A stretch of DNA of 64,000 nucleotides from Squalus acanthias (Eukaryota): positions 178,810,001 through 178,874,000 of the forward strand of contig CM059425.1 in the NCBI GenBank assembly GCA_030390025.1, given 5' to 3'. This document shows, in pieces, positions 1-12,947 of this stretch; the first letter of the stretch is position 1; each line of letters begins with the position of its first letter. A program made the position numbers and the translations under genes. A model generated the notes under the pieces. That model saw only the letters and a list, made by a program, of their open reading frames with translations, did no database searches and was not told where the DNA came from.

Positions 1-567
1 AAATTATGATGAACCTGTATAAAACACTGGTTCGGCCCCAACTGGAGTACTGTGTCCAATTCTGGGCACCACACTTTAGGAAGGATGTGAAGGCCTTAGA
101 GAAGGTGCAGAAAAGATTTACAAGAATGATTTCAGTTACGTTGATAGACTGGAGAAGCTGGGGTTGTTCTCCTTAGAGCAGAGAAGATTGAGAGGAGATT
201 TGATAGAGGTGTTCAAAATCATGAGGGGTCTGGACATGGTAGATAGAGAGAAACTGTTCCCATTGGCAGAAGGTTCGAGCACCAGAGGACACAGATTTAA
301 GGTGATTGGCAAAAGAACTAAAGGCGACATGATGAAAAACTTTTTTACACAGCGAGTGGTTAAGATCTGGAATGCACTGACTGAAAGGGTGGTGGAGGCA
401 GACTCAATCTTATCTTTCAAAAGGGAGTTGGATAAGTATCTGAAAGAAAAAAATTTGCAGGGCTACGGGGAAAGGGCAGGGGAGTGGGACTAGCTGAGAG
501 TCGGCACGGGCTCGACGGGCCGAATGGCCTTCTTCCGTGCTGTAACCATTCTATGATTTTATGATTC
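1..567 (+). mobile_element. CR1 LINE 3' fragment (ORF2 C-terminus, 3' UTR and tail)
   Basis: ORF 164-493 reads FSLEQRRLRGDLIEVFKI..TRGHRFK..FFTQRVVKIWNAL, typical of the CR1 ORF2 C-terminus; ends in an ATTCTATG-type tail near 548-567. Confidence 0.93.
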
Positions 568-589
568 ACTCCCAACACATGAGCCTTCA

Positions 590-1680
590 TGTGGCAACCT
601 GGACAAAGCATCTGCGATTGCATTTTGCTCTGAAGTGCGATATTCAATCATGTGATCATATTGTGACAACAACACTGCCTAATGTTGCATTCTTGATGCG
701 GCCATTGCAGGGATGGCAATATTGCTAGGAGCAGTTTGTGATCGGTTATCAGGGTAAACTTTCTGCCGATCAGGAACTGTTGGAATTTCTTGATTCCAAA
801 CACTATGGCGAGTGCTTCCTTTTCAATTTGCGTGTAATTTCTTTCACTCTTTGTAAGGGTTCGCGATGCGAACGTGATTGGTTTCTCTTGGCCAGCATCT
901 ATTATGACATCTCCCATACCATAGCTAGAAGCATCACACGCTAACTTAAGCTCACGCTCTGTGTCGTAGTGCACAAGTAGATCATCGCTAGAGAGGCTTC
1001 TCTTACAAGCATCGTAAGCTTCCTGTTGCACTTTTGTCCACTTCCACTGGACATCCTTCCTGAGGAGCTCGTGCAATGGAGCTAACATGGTTGCTAACTC
1101 AGGTAAGAAACGTGCATAGTACTGGACCATTCCAAGGAAAGATCTTAACTCAGACACGTTCTGTGGCTTTGGAGCATTGATGACAGCATCAACCTTTTCC
1201 TTAACTGGTTGCAAGCCACTTGCATCAACTTTCAGACCAAGATACACAACCTCGGGCTGCACAAAAGCACATTTGCTCCTTTTCAATTTTACATTGTGGG
1301 AATTCAACCTTTGAAGCACTTACTCTTACACTTCTAGATTTTCTTCCTCGCTGCTTATTGCAATCAGCACATCATCTTGATTGCATAAGCAATTTGGAAT
1401 TCCTTGCAAAATCTTATCCATCGTAGCCTGGAAGATTTTGGGGGAGGACTTTACACCATACGGCAGCTTGGTGTATGAGTACAGTGCCTTGTGTGTGTTG
1501 ATAGTGAGATACTGTTGACTCTCTTTGTCAACATTCAGCTGAGCGTAAGCGTGCGACAGGTCAAGCTTAGAGAAAACCTTTGACCCAGAGAGCGCTGCAT
1601 ACAAATCTTGCGATGTAGGTAACAGGTACTGCTTATCGTCAACTGCTTGGTTGATAGTAACTTTGTAGTCACCACAAACT
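590..1680 (-). mobile_element. Ty3/Gypsy LTR-retrotransposon pol fragment (RT + RNase H), disrupted
   Basis: CGDYK, FSKLDLSHAYAQL, LPYGVKSSPKIFQ, QDDVL, LACDASSYG, ASRTL..ERNYTQIEKEALAI, ITDHK in ORFs 1326-1604 and 648-1319; no LTRs seen. Confidence 0.92.
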
Positions 1681-2115
1681 TGGTTCGCGCCCCCGACCTA
1701 CCGCTGGACGCTATGTCCGACAGGGTCAAGGTGGCGTTTTTGCGGCCGGGGCGGCGCAAATTAAAGGGTAGATGCCAGCACCGGCCCCCTCTCGCCTCCC
1801 CCTGCGGGGTGCCAGCCACGATCGGTCAGCCCGGCACTCCTCTTGAGTGCCGGGCTCTTTTGCCGGCACCCCGCTCCCCGGTGGTCTAGCAAGACCCCGG
1901 TGCACGCTGCACTAGGCCCCTCCCCTTTAATCAGGGGAGGGAGGCCTGCAGTACCTCAGGTGCTACGTGCCGACGCAATATTCAATGGGAGCGCCCCAAG
2001 AGGGAGGGGGAGCGCTTCCAGTAGTACCCCGCCTCCTGCTTGGGGCGCTACCCTTCAATTTCGGGCGCGGGGGTGCCAACTTTTTTGGGGTGCTAAAAGA
2101 CCCAATTTTTCCCCC
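1676..2115. mobile_element. Harbinger-type MITE, left terminus eroded
   Basis: Right end AATTTTTCCCCC (2104-2115) is identical to the right TIR of the 49033-53153 element; the left end resembles that family's subterminal sequence; CpG-rich. Confidence 0.7.
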
Positions 2116-2613
2116 TTTCTCTCTACTGACTATCCCATCCTTTATTATCAGGGCTACCCCTCCTCCTTTTCCATTTTGCCTATCTCTTCTAAAAGTTAAG
2201 TATCCTGGAATATTTAGTTCCCAACCGTGGCCACTTTGCAACCACTTCTCTGTTATGGCTATTAGATTAAACCTGTTCATTTCTATCTGCGCTATTAATT
2301 CATCTATTTTGTTGCGAATGCTTCGCGCATTCAGATATAGTAGACTGGATTTTGTCTTGGGGTCGGGTTGGGGTCGTGTCATCCGCATTTCGTGTTATCC
2401 ACCCGCCTGAAATTGGATGTGGGAGATTGATGCAATTTTCACTTAATTGGGCAATTGAGTTCCAGCATGTGGGAACCCATGAACCAATTAGTGGTTTCAG
2501 TCTGAAAGTCCCCTCTGATGATGTCATCATTGTAGGTCAGAGACTGCCTGGTCTGGTCTCAGAGATTGCCTGGCCTTTGCTGTGAGAGGACCTGGATGCA
2601 AAATGCTGCTCAG

Positions 2614-2652
<39 letters not shown>

Positions 2653-3150
2653 TTTTTGCATCCAGGTCCTCCAAAGGCAATCTCTGAAGACATCAGAGGC
2701 GACTTTCAGACCTAATACTACTACTACCTTCATCACATCTCCGTTGTAATAGTGGACCTGCAGCTAATAGTCAGCTATCCACTTGTGCTCCTGCCAGGTT
2801 TCACTGGCGTGTTTCACATCAGGCGTGCTTCACGTCAGAAAAGGGTTAAACTAGCTAAAACATTTCAAAATGGCATTGCAGAGCCAATTAAGGGCTTTAA
2901 TGGCCTCTCCCGCCTCTTGGAGGCGGGACAGAGTCGGGAACACCGCACACGATTTTATCAAAATTGCGTGGAGGCGGGTTGGAGTCGGGATGGGGTCGGG
3001 ACGCCCGAATCTGCAACTTTAACCCCCCACACGCCTCCAAACCCGACTCCACGGGTCATTGAAAATCCAGCCCAGTGCCTTTAGCTTTGACTTATTTCTA
3101 TTTTTCCCTGATGTCACCTTAGTCACTGATGCCTTATTACTTTGTTACTC
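2116..3150 (-). mobile_element. CR1 LINE APE-endonuclease fragment, split by the 2342-3073 insertion
   Basis: LYLNARSIRNK..IAITEKWL..IPGYLTFRRDR..KGGGVALII; removing 2342-3073 plus one AGT restores K-A-L-Y-L-N-A. Confidence 0.85.
2342..3073. mobile_element. Non-autonomous Harbinger, internal-deletion relative of the 55018-58699 family
   Basis: Ends AGACTGGATTTT / AAAATCCAGCCC; AGT TSD at 2339-2341 and 3074-3076; both arms align by eye to the two ends of 55018-58699; internal (GA)n at about 2612-2650. Confidence 0.9.
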
Positions 3151-3154
3151 TCTC

Positions 3155-3801
3155 TTGGCATTTATTGCAAAGGGAATGGAGTATTAAAGTAGGGAAGTCC
3201 TGTTACAACTGTACAGGGCGTTGATGAGACCACACCTGGAGTACTGGGTACAGTTTTGGTCTCCTTATTTAAGGAAGGATATACTTGCATTGGAGGCAGT
3301 TCAGAGAAGGTTCACGAGGTTGATTCCTGAGATGAAGGGGTTGTCTTATGAAGAAAGGTTGAGCAGGTTGAGCCTATACTCATTGGAGTTTAGAAGAATG
3401 AGAGGGGATCTTATTGAAACATATAAGATTCTGAAGGGGCTTGACAGGGTCGATGCAGAGAGGATGTTTCCCCTCATGGGGGAATCTAGAACTAGGGGGC
3501 ATAATTTCAGAATAAGGGGGCACCCTTTTAAATCGGAAATGAGGAGGAATTTCTTCTCTCAGAGGGTCTTGATTCTTTGGAATTCTCTTCCCCAGAGAGC
3601 TGTGGAGGCTGGGTCATTGAATATATTTAAGGTGGAGATAGACAGATTTTTGAAAGGTAAGGGAGTCACGGGTTATGTGGAGCGGGCAGGGAAGTGGAGT
3701 TGAGGCCAAGATCAGATCAGCCATGATCTTATTGAATGGCAGAGCAGGCTCGAGGGGCCAAATGACCTACTCCTGCTCCTACGTCTTATGTTCTTATGTT
3801 C
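3155..3801 (+). mobile_element. CR1 LINE 3' fragment
   Basis: ORF 3221-3703 RPHLEYWVQFWSPYL..RRMRGDLIETYKI; TTCTTATG-type tail. Confidence 0.93.
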
Positions 3802-4592
3802 TCCCCTACCTAGTTACCTCCTGAGAGAAAGCAAAACTTTTGATCAGGAGGTAAATAGGGTAGATATGGTGTAAGTGTAGCTCAAAATGGCTCAAATTAT
3901 AGCAATGTGCATTGGTAGAGGCACAAAATGTCACTCGGAATGTGGGCACTGCCATTTTATTTATCTTACCACAGGTTTTCACATTATAAGGGCAAGTAGG
4001 AAAGCAGGTACTGGTTAGTATGCATCTGGAGTCACAGCAAAACCTTCCATCCTTTGCCCCCTCTCTTCATCATGTACATGCTACTTTTGGCACATGTTAT
4101 CTTCACATTTATACTGTTAACACCCAGGTCTATCTCATCCCCGCCTCCATTGCTGTCTCCAACTGCCTATTTGACATTAAGACCTGGATGAGCCAAAACT
4201 TCCTCCACCATAACGTCAGCAAAACTAAAGTCACCTCCGCAAACATCCACTCGCTTCTAGCCTCAACTCTATCTCCTTCCAGAGTTAGCCCAGAGGCGTA
4301 CAACCTTAGTGTATCACACAACCATGTGTTCAGCTTCCTCTCTGACACCTGATCTGTCACCAAGATCACTTTCTTTCACGTCCTCAACATCAACTGCCTC
4401 CATTAGTACCTCTCCTCTCCACTGCTGAAATCCTAATTCATGCTTTATTACCTCACAGCTGGACTTCTTCAAAGCTGTCCTTGCTAGTCTGCCTACTAAG
4501 CTGCCTTGGCCGGTGTCCTCAACCACATTAATGCTCGTATCTGCATCAACAAGCTCCACAGGTTTCTAGAGTCCCATATAATTTACTTTAAT

Positions 4593-6747
4593 CTTCTCTT
4601 CTTAGGCAGCCGATTGGAACTGAGGATGACTTGCTTCCACATTAAAAATGAGTTCTCAGGTGACTGATGAGTCCAATGCGGGACCTACAGTCTCTGTCAC
4701 AGGTGGGGCAGACGGTGGTTGAAGGGGCGGGTGGGTGGGGTGCTTGGGTTGACGTGCGCTCCTTCCGCTGTTTGCGCTTGGCTTCCGCTTGCTCCCAGCG
4801 AAGAGACTCGAGGTATTCGGCGCCTTCCCGGATGCTTCTCCTCCACTTTGTACGGTCTTGGGCCAGGGATTCCCAGGTGTCGGTGGGGATGTTGCACTTT
4901 TTCAAGGAGGCTTTGAGGGTGTCCTTGAAGCGTTTCCTCTGCCCACCTGGGGCTCTGTTGCCGTGTCGGAGCTCCGAGTAGAGCGCTTGTTTTGGGAGTC
5001 TCGTATCGGGCATGCGGACGATGTGACCCGTCCATCGGAGCTGATCGAGCGTGGTCAAAGCTTTGATGCTGGGGATGTTGGCCTGAGCGAGAACACTGAT
5101 GTTGGTGCGCCTATCCTGCCAATGGATTTGCAGGATCTTGTGGAGCAAGGGTTGGTGGTAACTCTCCAGTGCTTTGAGGTGCCTGCTGTACATGGTCCAT
5201 GTCTCTGAGGCATACAGGAGGGCGGGTATTACTACTGCTCTGTAGACCATGAGCTTGGTGCCGGGTTTGAGGGCCTGGTTTTCAAACACTCTCTTCCTCA
5301 GGTGACCAAAGGCTGCCCTGGCACACTGAAGACGGTGTTGGACTTCATCATCGACGTCTACCCTTGTTGACAGTAGGCTCCCGAGGTATGGAAAGTGGTC
5401 CACGTTGTCCAAGGTGTTGTCATGGATTTTGATAATCGGGGAGCAATACTGTATGGTGGGGGCAGGTTGGTAGAGGACCTTTGTCTTACGGATGTTTAGT
5501 GTAAGGCCCATGCTCTTGGACGCTTCGGTGAAGGTGTTAACGATGGTTTGGAGTTCGACCTCCGAGTGTGCGCAGATGCAAGCGTCGTCTGCCTACTGTA
5601 ATTCGACGACAGAGGAAGGGACGACCTTGGATCTGGACCGGAGGCTACATAGAAACATAGAAACATAGAATCTAGGAGCAGGAGTAGGCCATTCGTCCCG
5701 TCGAGCCTGCACCACCATTCAATACGATCATGGCTGATCATTCAAATCCAGTACCCTGTCCCTGCTTTAATCCCCACAGTACACATATCCCACCCGACCC
5801 CCGTAACCCCACATATTTAATTCCCCCTAACATATCCCATCCTATCCCCATAACCCCACATATTTAATCCCCACCTAACACTAAGGGTCAATTTATCATA
5901 GCCAAATCAACCTAACCTGCACATTTTTGGACAGTGGGAGGAAACCGGAGCACCCGGAGGAAACCCACGCAGACACGGGGAGAATGTGCAAACTCCACAC
6001 AGACAGTCACCCGAGGTCAGATTCGAACCCGGGTCTCTGGTGCTGTGAGGCACCAGTGCTAACCACTATGCCACCGTGTTGCCCTACGGAGGTTGAACAG
6101 TTTCCCGTTTGTACTGTAAATTAGCTCCACTCCAGCGGGGAGCTTACTGAGGATGAGATGGAGCATTGCCGCAAGGAAGATCGAGAAGAGCGTTGGTGTG
6201 ATGACACAGCCTTGCTTGACCCCGGTCCGTACGTGAATTGGGTCTGTGGTGGAACCGTTGGTCAGGATCACGGCTTGCATGTCGTCGTGAAGCAGGCGGA
6301 GGATGGTGACAAACTTTTGAGGGCAGCCGAATTTGAGGAGGACACTCCATAATCCCTCACAGTTGACAGTGTCAAAGGCCTTTGTGAGGTCAAAGAAGGC
6401 CATGTACAGCGGTTGGTGCTGTTCCCTGCATTTCTCTTGTAATTGGCAAACGGTGAAAATCATGTCAATTGTGCCCCTTAGTGGGAGGAATCCGCATTGC
6501 GACTCTGGGAGGAGCTCTTCAGCCACTGGGAGAAGGCGATTGAGGAGGATTCTTGCGATGACTTTCCCTGTGGCAGACAGCAGGGAGACTCCTCTGTAAT
6601 TACCGCAATCGGACTTGTCACCTTTCTTGAAGATGGTAACAATTACGGCATCTCTGAGATCCCCTGGCATGCTCTCCTCCTTCCAGATAAGAGAAATGAG
6701 TTCATGAATTTGCGCCAGTAGTGCTTCTCCGCCATGCTTTTGCGCCT
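4593..6747 (-). mobile_element. RTE-clade LINE, 5'-truncated, RT domain plus C-terminal C2H2 finger; disrupted
   Basis: NYRGVSLLS, LPESQCGF, FFDLTKAFDTV, GVKQGCVITPTLF, YADD mutated to stop-ADD, CPTCDRDC..LISHLRTH; CTTTAAT TSD at 4586-4592 and 6748-6754; GAA-type tail. Confidence 0.92.
5646..6084 (-). mobile_element. tRNA-derived V-SINE (HE1-like) with CR1-derived tail, inserted in the RTE ORF
   Basis: Minus strand has A box TGGCATAGTGG, B box GGTTCGAATC, V-domain GGGTTTCCTCCGGGTGCTCCGGTTTCCTCCC, and a CR1-like 3' end with (TTTCTATG)n. Confidence 0.85.
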
Positions 6748-9291
6748 CTTTAATAATCTCATGCTCACTTTCAAATCCCTCCTCGGCCATGCTTCTCCCC
6801 GCCTCTGTGATCTCCTCCAGCCTTTTGTCCCTGCGGCATCCTTTGATCTGCGCATTCTATATCTCCTCTGTTCCAGCATAGGTGACTGTCCCTTCATTTA
6901 CTTTGTGCTCCCCTGGAACTCCCTCCCTTTGTATCTCTGCTATGGCACTGCCATCACATTTGGAAACCTCCTTAAGATCCTCACCTTTGACCATGCCCTT
7001 TCCCCCTCCTGACTCTGGCTCTACCCACTATCCACCACCCTGTAATGTGTTTTGAGATGTGTTTCTGTACCTATTGATGGTTAAATGAATATAAATTGTA
7101 TTGTTTTTTATTCTAGAGCATTCCTTTGATTCCTGAAGTGCCGTGGTGGTAGTGGTGTTTCCGTATGATCCCTGGTATTCTAATGGGACTGATGGCAGGT
7201 GCCTGGCAGCCTCTTGGTACGGCTGGTTCTGTCTGATCAGCTACCTAGACCTCAAAATAGCAAGTGGACACGGTTTTGATTCTGCTTCTCAAACAGCTGA
7301 ATGCATGCCTTTAAAACCCAATTCAGATCCAAATGCCAAAGAGAATCCAATTCTCACCATTAGTTACCCACCCATATGGTCCATAACAAACATTTGTCAC
7401 ACAGTTTGTTCCCATATGTCTCCGGTGTAACCTTAATAAATACCTATAGAAATAAATAGAACTTTTGTCATTCGTATTTTGACCCCTTTTATTATTATTT
7501 TATTATTAAACATTTCCGACCACAAAAAGCAAACTGGTTATTCAGTAAAAAACCCACAGAATAAAGATGCTGTTGTCTGAATACCTCAGAAATGCACCAA
7601 GTTGTTAGGGAATATATAACAAAGCATTGTAGCGTGAACGGCCACGCACATTATTTACGCTAATGGTTAAACGTGAAACAAACGCATACTTCATGGAAAT
7701 TTGAAAGACTAATCATTTTCATTATTTCTCTACGCTGATGTTTAGTTCCACATTTATCGCCTGAAGAACTCCACCAAATACATTATTTACCTTCAAAGGA
7801 AGTCAAAATGCTGAAGAAGAATACGCTGAACGTGATTTCAACAGCCTGAAAACAAGATGTGACAAGCAGCATGACATCGGCCCCCTACTAATTTCCGCTA
7901 TTTGTAAAGCAGCTCCTCTGAATGGCAGCAGCTCCCTAGAACAGGTCAAAGTAGTTGAGGCCGTGTCAGTCCTTGCATAAAAAATTTCAGTTCAGGGAAA
8001 AAAATAAGCAGCTATTGATTTACCAGTGAAAGCCGTGGAGTATGAGGAAGGCAGCCAAAAGGGGACACCAGCTGCTCCCTGCTGGAAACCTTTATGGCGG
8101 AGTTAAAAGAAAAAGGGAACTGCTACTCTGCCTGAAAGGGAATTCTACAGGAAAAAAATCCTGCATGATAGGTAACAGCTAATGTTAGCATGCAGCAGGA
8201 AAGCTATGTTCCACATAGCTAACCTCTTTCTCCCTCTGGAATTGTAAAGCATGTTTATTAATGAAGTGTGCTGAGACTGGACTCAATGGGAATTTCTCAT
8301 GCTCTCCTCACACTCAGACGATCCTTTCTATTTACTGTCCATCGCTAGACACCACACCCCATTCAGAGTACACTTTTCAGAATTGGTTGAATTAAGCCAA
8401 GTCCGTTGCAGTGATTCTGACAATAAATTTATATCAGAATGAAAGGCACTGACACTAATTAGCTCAACAGTATTATTCTTCTGTACTGTGTTGTCACCGT
8501 CCAGAATTGTATTCTTCAGTCCAAACCTGCAGCCTGGGCTTGTTGTCAGACAAACTAAATAATCACAATCTGGTGCTCGGCTTTGCACATCAACACATAT
8601 TCAGTCCAATTTCATTCTTTGCTGAGTGAGATTAGCAATGTCAGATGTAAAATACTTCACACAATAATTAAAATAATCACTCCCATAGAACAGTGGTGAA
8701 GATTAAGTTTTTTATACCCTCATGGTCATGGGTTTCATTGGCAGCAGGGGGGAAAGGTGGGGATTTTTGTTGCTGGGAGAGGCCAAAACATCACCTGCTT
8801 AGCTATGAAACATTTTTCTGTCCAGGACCCACATTTCCACTGCCATGATTGGAGTTCTGACTTTGATTGAAGTCTTGCTGTTCTGCACAATTGGTTGAAC
8901 ATGCTCATTTCCAAAATCACCACCGCAACTTGTTTGGCTTACAATGAAGATGACAGGTATGTGGGAGCTGAACTGAAGCACACTTAACAACTTCAACCTT
9001 AAACTGAAGAGGAGTTTGGCTTTCAGCATTTCAGCAAAATACTGCAGATGCTGGAAATCTGACATAAAAAGAGAAAATGCTGGAAATACTCAGCCGGCCA
9101 GGCAGCATCTGTGGAGAGAGAAACAGAGTTAACGTTTCAGCTCGATGGCCTTTCTTGTTCGCTTAGTCTCCACTCTTCCTTCTCTCTATGAGCCAAATGC
9201 AAGTAAAAAAAACTGCCAAAAATTCTCACCAGTTTGCCCTGCTCATTCCTGCAGTATCTCCATACCTAATGCAAATTGCACCAGTGTATAA

Positions 9292-9590
9292 GGCCTGGAT
9301 TTTAGCCCGGAGGCGTTTTCCGTGTGGGGGGCGCTGTCAAACACTGTCAAATCATCTGTCAAACAAGTGTGGTGCATGTGCCTTTAAGAAAACCGGCAGA
9401 TGAAGCATCATCAACTGACGTCATCTGACACTGGCTTTCCCTGAATTGGCCGGCAAGCCCGCAGGGCGGGCTTAACAAGGCCAATCAGGGGAAAATAGTG
9501 TCAGCTCGTCAGACGTCGCTGGGGGCGGGACTAGAACCCGAAAACCAGCAGTTCCGCCTCGAACTCGGCCTGGAAGGTAAGATTGCGCCC
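9292..9590. mobile_element. Harbinger-type MITE
   Basis: Left end GGCCTGGATTTT preceded by TAA; right end AAGATTGCGCCC; internal block shared with about 31800-31856. Confidence 0.7.
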
Positions 9591-9797
9591 AATGTTTCTC
9601 CCAGAAACAAAAATGTATATAAATGTGCGATTTATACGGCAGATCTTAGACAGCAAAATCTTTTCATAATGGACTGATGTTTGTTGCAATATTTAATGAT
9701 AATAAAAGTTCACTGTGACATGGGGTCTCTGTTAAAAGAGCATCTATAGCATCTGGATATGACAATATGTTGCAGATGCAATATCAACACATAAACT

Positions 9798-10025
9798 AAT
9801 ACAAAAGCGAAATACTGCGGATGCTGGAAATCTGAAATAAAAACAGAAAATGCTGCAAATACTCAGCAGGTCAGGCAGAATCTGTGAAGAGAGAAACAGA
9901 GTTAATGTTTTGGGTCGATGACGATGTTCTGACGAAGGGTCATCGACCTGAAACGTTAACTCTGTTTCTATCTCCACAGATGCTGCCTGACTCGCTGAGT
10001 ATTTGCAGCATTTTCTGTTTTTAAT
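9798..10025. mobile_element. Penelope-derived fold-back insertion (family 1)
   Basis: Inverted duplication of the same terminus seen at 12430-12530; 14-bp TSD TCAACACATAAACT at 9784-9797 and 10026-10039. Confidence 0.85.
9926..9960 (+). ncRNA. Minimal type I hammerhead ribozyme motif
   Basis: gtt-CTGACGA-agggtcatcgacct-GAAA-CG-TT-aac: conserved core, stem II, palindromic ACGT helix III. Confidence 0.65.
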
Positions 10026-10309
10026 TCAACACATAAACTGCTTATTTTGACATTAACATAACCGCAATGCCAGCGACAAACCCAAAATATGGTGAAGCAA
10101 TGAGAAGTCTCAACTATTTAGTGGCGGCTGAGACTTATACAGATTTCTGTCTAGGCCCGATGCCACTGCTGTCAGATGTACCACTTGTTATAATGAGCAA
10201 CTCTTTACTGTGTAAGTTGCCTATAACATCAATGCTCTGCATATATATTCATTCATGTAATTACAAATAAATACATGGATGAACATATATACATATATAT
10301 ACACAAAGC

Positions 10310-10690
10310 TACCCCTATGGCTTACTGTGTAAATGCAATACATGGTGTGATACTGAGCCACACAGATCAGCAAGGTCTCAGCTTCCATCCCTGGTCTATG
10401 ATGAGTTAGTTGATCTCAGCTGGGATAGTGCTGGATGATTCTCCCATTGTTCTCAGTGTCTTTGAGCTAGGGTGGGAAAAATCAGTTCGGATTCCTGCTG
10501 ATGATCACTATCCAGCGACCCATGTTGGGAAGCATGTGTGAGTGGGGACAGAATCAGGTTTAGTTGTGATGCTTCCATGATCAAAGAGCCTGTCTAAGTG
10601 CAAAGTGAAAAATCATGGTGTGGATATAGTATCAATGGCAGTCAGCATAGTGGTGAACCCCAGCATGAGTCAATACTTTCAGGAGAAGAG
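10310..10690 (+). mobile_element. Old tRNA-derived SINE; related copies at about 27435-27720 and 60640-60780
   Basis: Shared diverged block (..TGATCTCAGC..CTCAGTG..GCTAGGG..) and a B-box-like GGTTCAATC in the 27.5-kb copy. Confidence 0.55.
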
Positions 10691-10786
10691 GGGATAAAAG
10701 TAGAAAAAAACTGAAAAATAAAATTTAACATATGGACAAACATACAAAACTTGCACACACACACGTAATATGTAATATACAATGGA

Positions 10787-12530
10787 ATTTCCATTATCCA
10801 CTCTATACCTCTCTACACCTCCATCCCCCACCAGGATGGCCTGAGGGCGCTCCGCTTCTTCCTCGAACAGAGGACCAACCAGTCCCCATCCACCACCACC
10901 CTCCTCCACCTGGCTGAACTTGTTCTCACATTGAACAATTTCTCCTTTGACTCCACTCACTTCCTCCAAAATAAAAGCTGTTGCTTTGGGAACCCGCATG
11001 CGTCCTCGCTATGCCTGCCTTTTCATGGGATATGTGGAACATTCTTTGTTCCAGTCCTACTCAGCTCCCCTCCCTCACCTCTTTTTCTGGTACATTGATG
11101 ACTGTATTAGTGCTATTTCCTGCTCTCGACCTGAAATGGGAAATTTCATTCACTTTGCTTCCACCCTTCCCTCACCTTCACATAGTGCATCTGCGATTCT
11201 TCCCTTCCCTTCCCTTCCTCAACTTCACTGTCTCCATTTCTGGGGCTAGGATATCGACCAACATCCACTATAAGCCCACTGACTCCCACAGCTACCTGGA
11301 CTACACTTCCTCTCACCCCACTTCCTGTAAGGACTCTATTCCATTCTCCCAGTTTCTCCATCTCTGTTGCATCTGTTCTGATGATGCCACCTTCCATACT
11401 AGTGCTTCTGATATGTCTTCCTTTTTCCTCAACCGAGGATTTCCCTCTACCATGGTTGACATGACCCTCGAACGTGTCCATTCCATTTCCCGCACTTCTG
11501 CTCTGACCCCTTCCCCTCCCTCCCATAACCATGATAGGATTTCCCTAGTCCTCAACTTTCACTCCACCAACCTCCACATTCAACGGACCATTCTCCATCA
11601 TTTCCACCACCTCCAGCATGATCTCATCACCAAACACATCTTCCCCTCCCCTCCCCTTTCAGCATTCCGAAGGGACCGTTCCCTCTGCGACACCGTAGTC
11701 CACTCCTCAATCACCCTAATACCCCCTCCCCTTCCCATGGCACCTTCCCGTGCAAGCACAGGAGATGCAGCACCTGCCCTTTTACCTCCTCCCTTCCCAC
11801 TCTCCAGGGCTCCAAACATTCCTTCCAGGTGAAACAGCAATTTACTTGTACTTCTTGCAATTTAGTATACTGTATTCGCTGCACACGATGTGGTCTCTTC
11901 TACATTGGGGAGACCAAAAGAAGATTGGGTGCCTGCTTTGCGGAACACCTCCGTTCCGTCCGCAAGCGTGACCCCGAACTTCCGGTTGCTTGTCACTTTA
12001 GTTCTCTGTGTAAGAGGTCGAGGGCAGAGAGGTCAAAGTGGGAGTAGTCCCACTTTGACCTCTCTACCCTCGACCTCTTACACTGTTCCAACGAAGCTCA
12101 ACATAAGCTTGAGGAACAGCACCTCATCTTTCGATTAGGCACCTTACAGCCTTCTGGACTCAATATCGAGTTCAAAAATTTCAGACCATAACCTCTGCCC
12201 CCATTTTTTCAGATGGCAGCTGTTGGTGATTCTGATATTCCCATTTACACCTCTTCTAGAGTCATATTTTGGTTTTTTACTTGTCCCATTACCATCTCCT
12301 TTTGCTTTGTACAATCATACCTTTTGTCATTTAATCTCTCCTGTCTTCCATCCTATCACAGACTTTTGTTCTTTCCTCCCCTTTCCCTGGCCCTGCACTT
12401 GCTTAAATCCTGCTATATCTCCAACTTTTTCCAGTTCTGACAAAAGGTAATTGACCTGAAACGTTAACTCTGTTTCTTTCTCTACAGATGCTGCCTGACC
12501 TGCTGAGTATTTCCAGCATTTTCTGTTTTT
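10787..12530 (+). mobile_element. Penelope-like element (family 1): RT C-terminal half plus GIY-YIG endonuclease, frameshifted
   Basis: YACLFMGYVE, WYIDDC, HYKPTDSHSYLDYTSSHP..IPFSQFL, CNLVYCIRCTRCGLFYIGETKRRL..FAEHLRS; degenerate hammerhead core at about 12433-12469. Confidence 0.9.
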
Positions 12531-12947
12531 CTTCTATTATTCACACTTCACTTATCTTTCTGTTTATCCACCAGAATTTTCACAGGAAAGTGTTGCACGA
12601 GGTGTCGGCTCATGGTACAGTTTGCTAACACCAATCTTCTTCTGTTTGACATAAATCAATCTCACAATTCAGGAAAGATGAATTTTTATTGATGTTATTT
12701 ACACTAAACCTGTCTTTATTCCCGTGTCTAGAATATTGCTGTAGCATACAGATAAAACCAAAATTTGGGGAATGTTGTGGTAAAAACTGGACCTCGTTGC
12801 ACCTGTTTTAAATCCAAATTCAGGGATTAACATCCTGCACCCCAAGGACGGCTGAAAAATGTCCCACCAGAAATTGCATCTGCTAATAATGGGCCTACCA
12901 CCTGTTTTAGAACCCCTCAGGTGAAAATGGGCTGCCCTGAGGTTTTT

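Larger units (their letters stand above)
4050..7080 (+). mobile_element. Old L2 LINE fragment interrupted by an RTE
   Basis: Degenerate NCLFDIKTWMSQNFLHHNVSKTK (L2 RT C-terminal part); L2-like sequence resumes after 6754. Confidence 0.65.

Noticed and set aside
6010..6084. tRNA gene
   Set aside because: The A and B boxes are the head of a V-SINE, followed by the V-domain and a CR1 tail.
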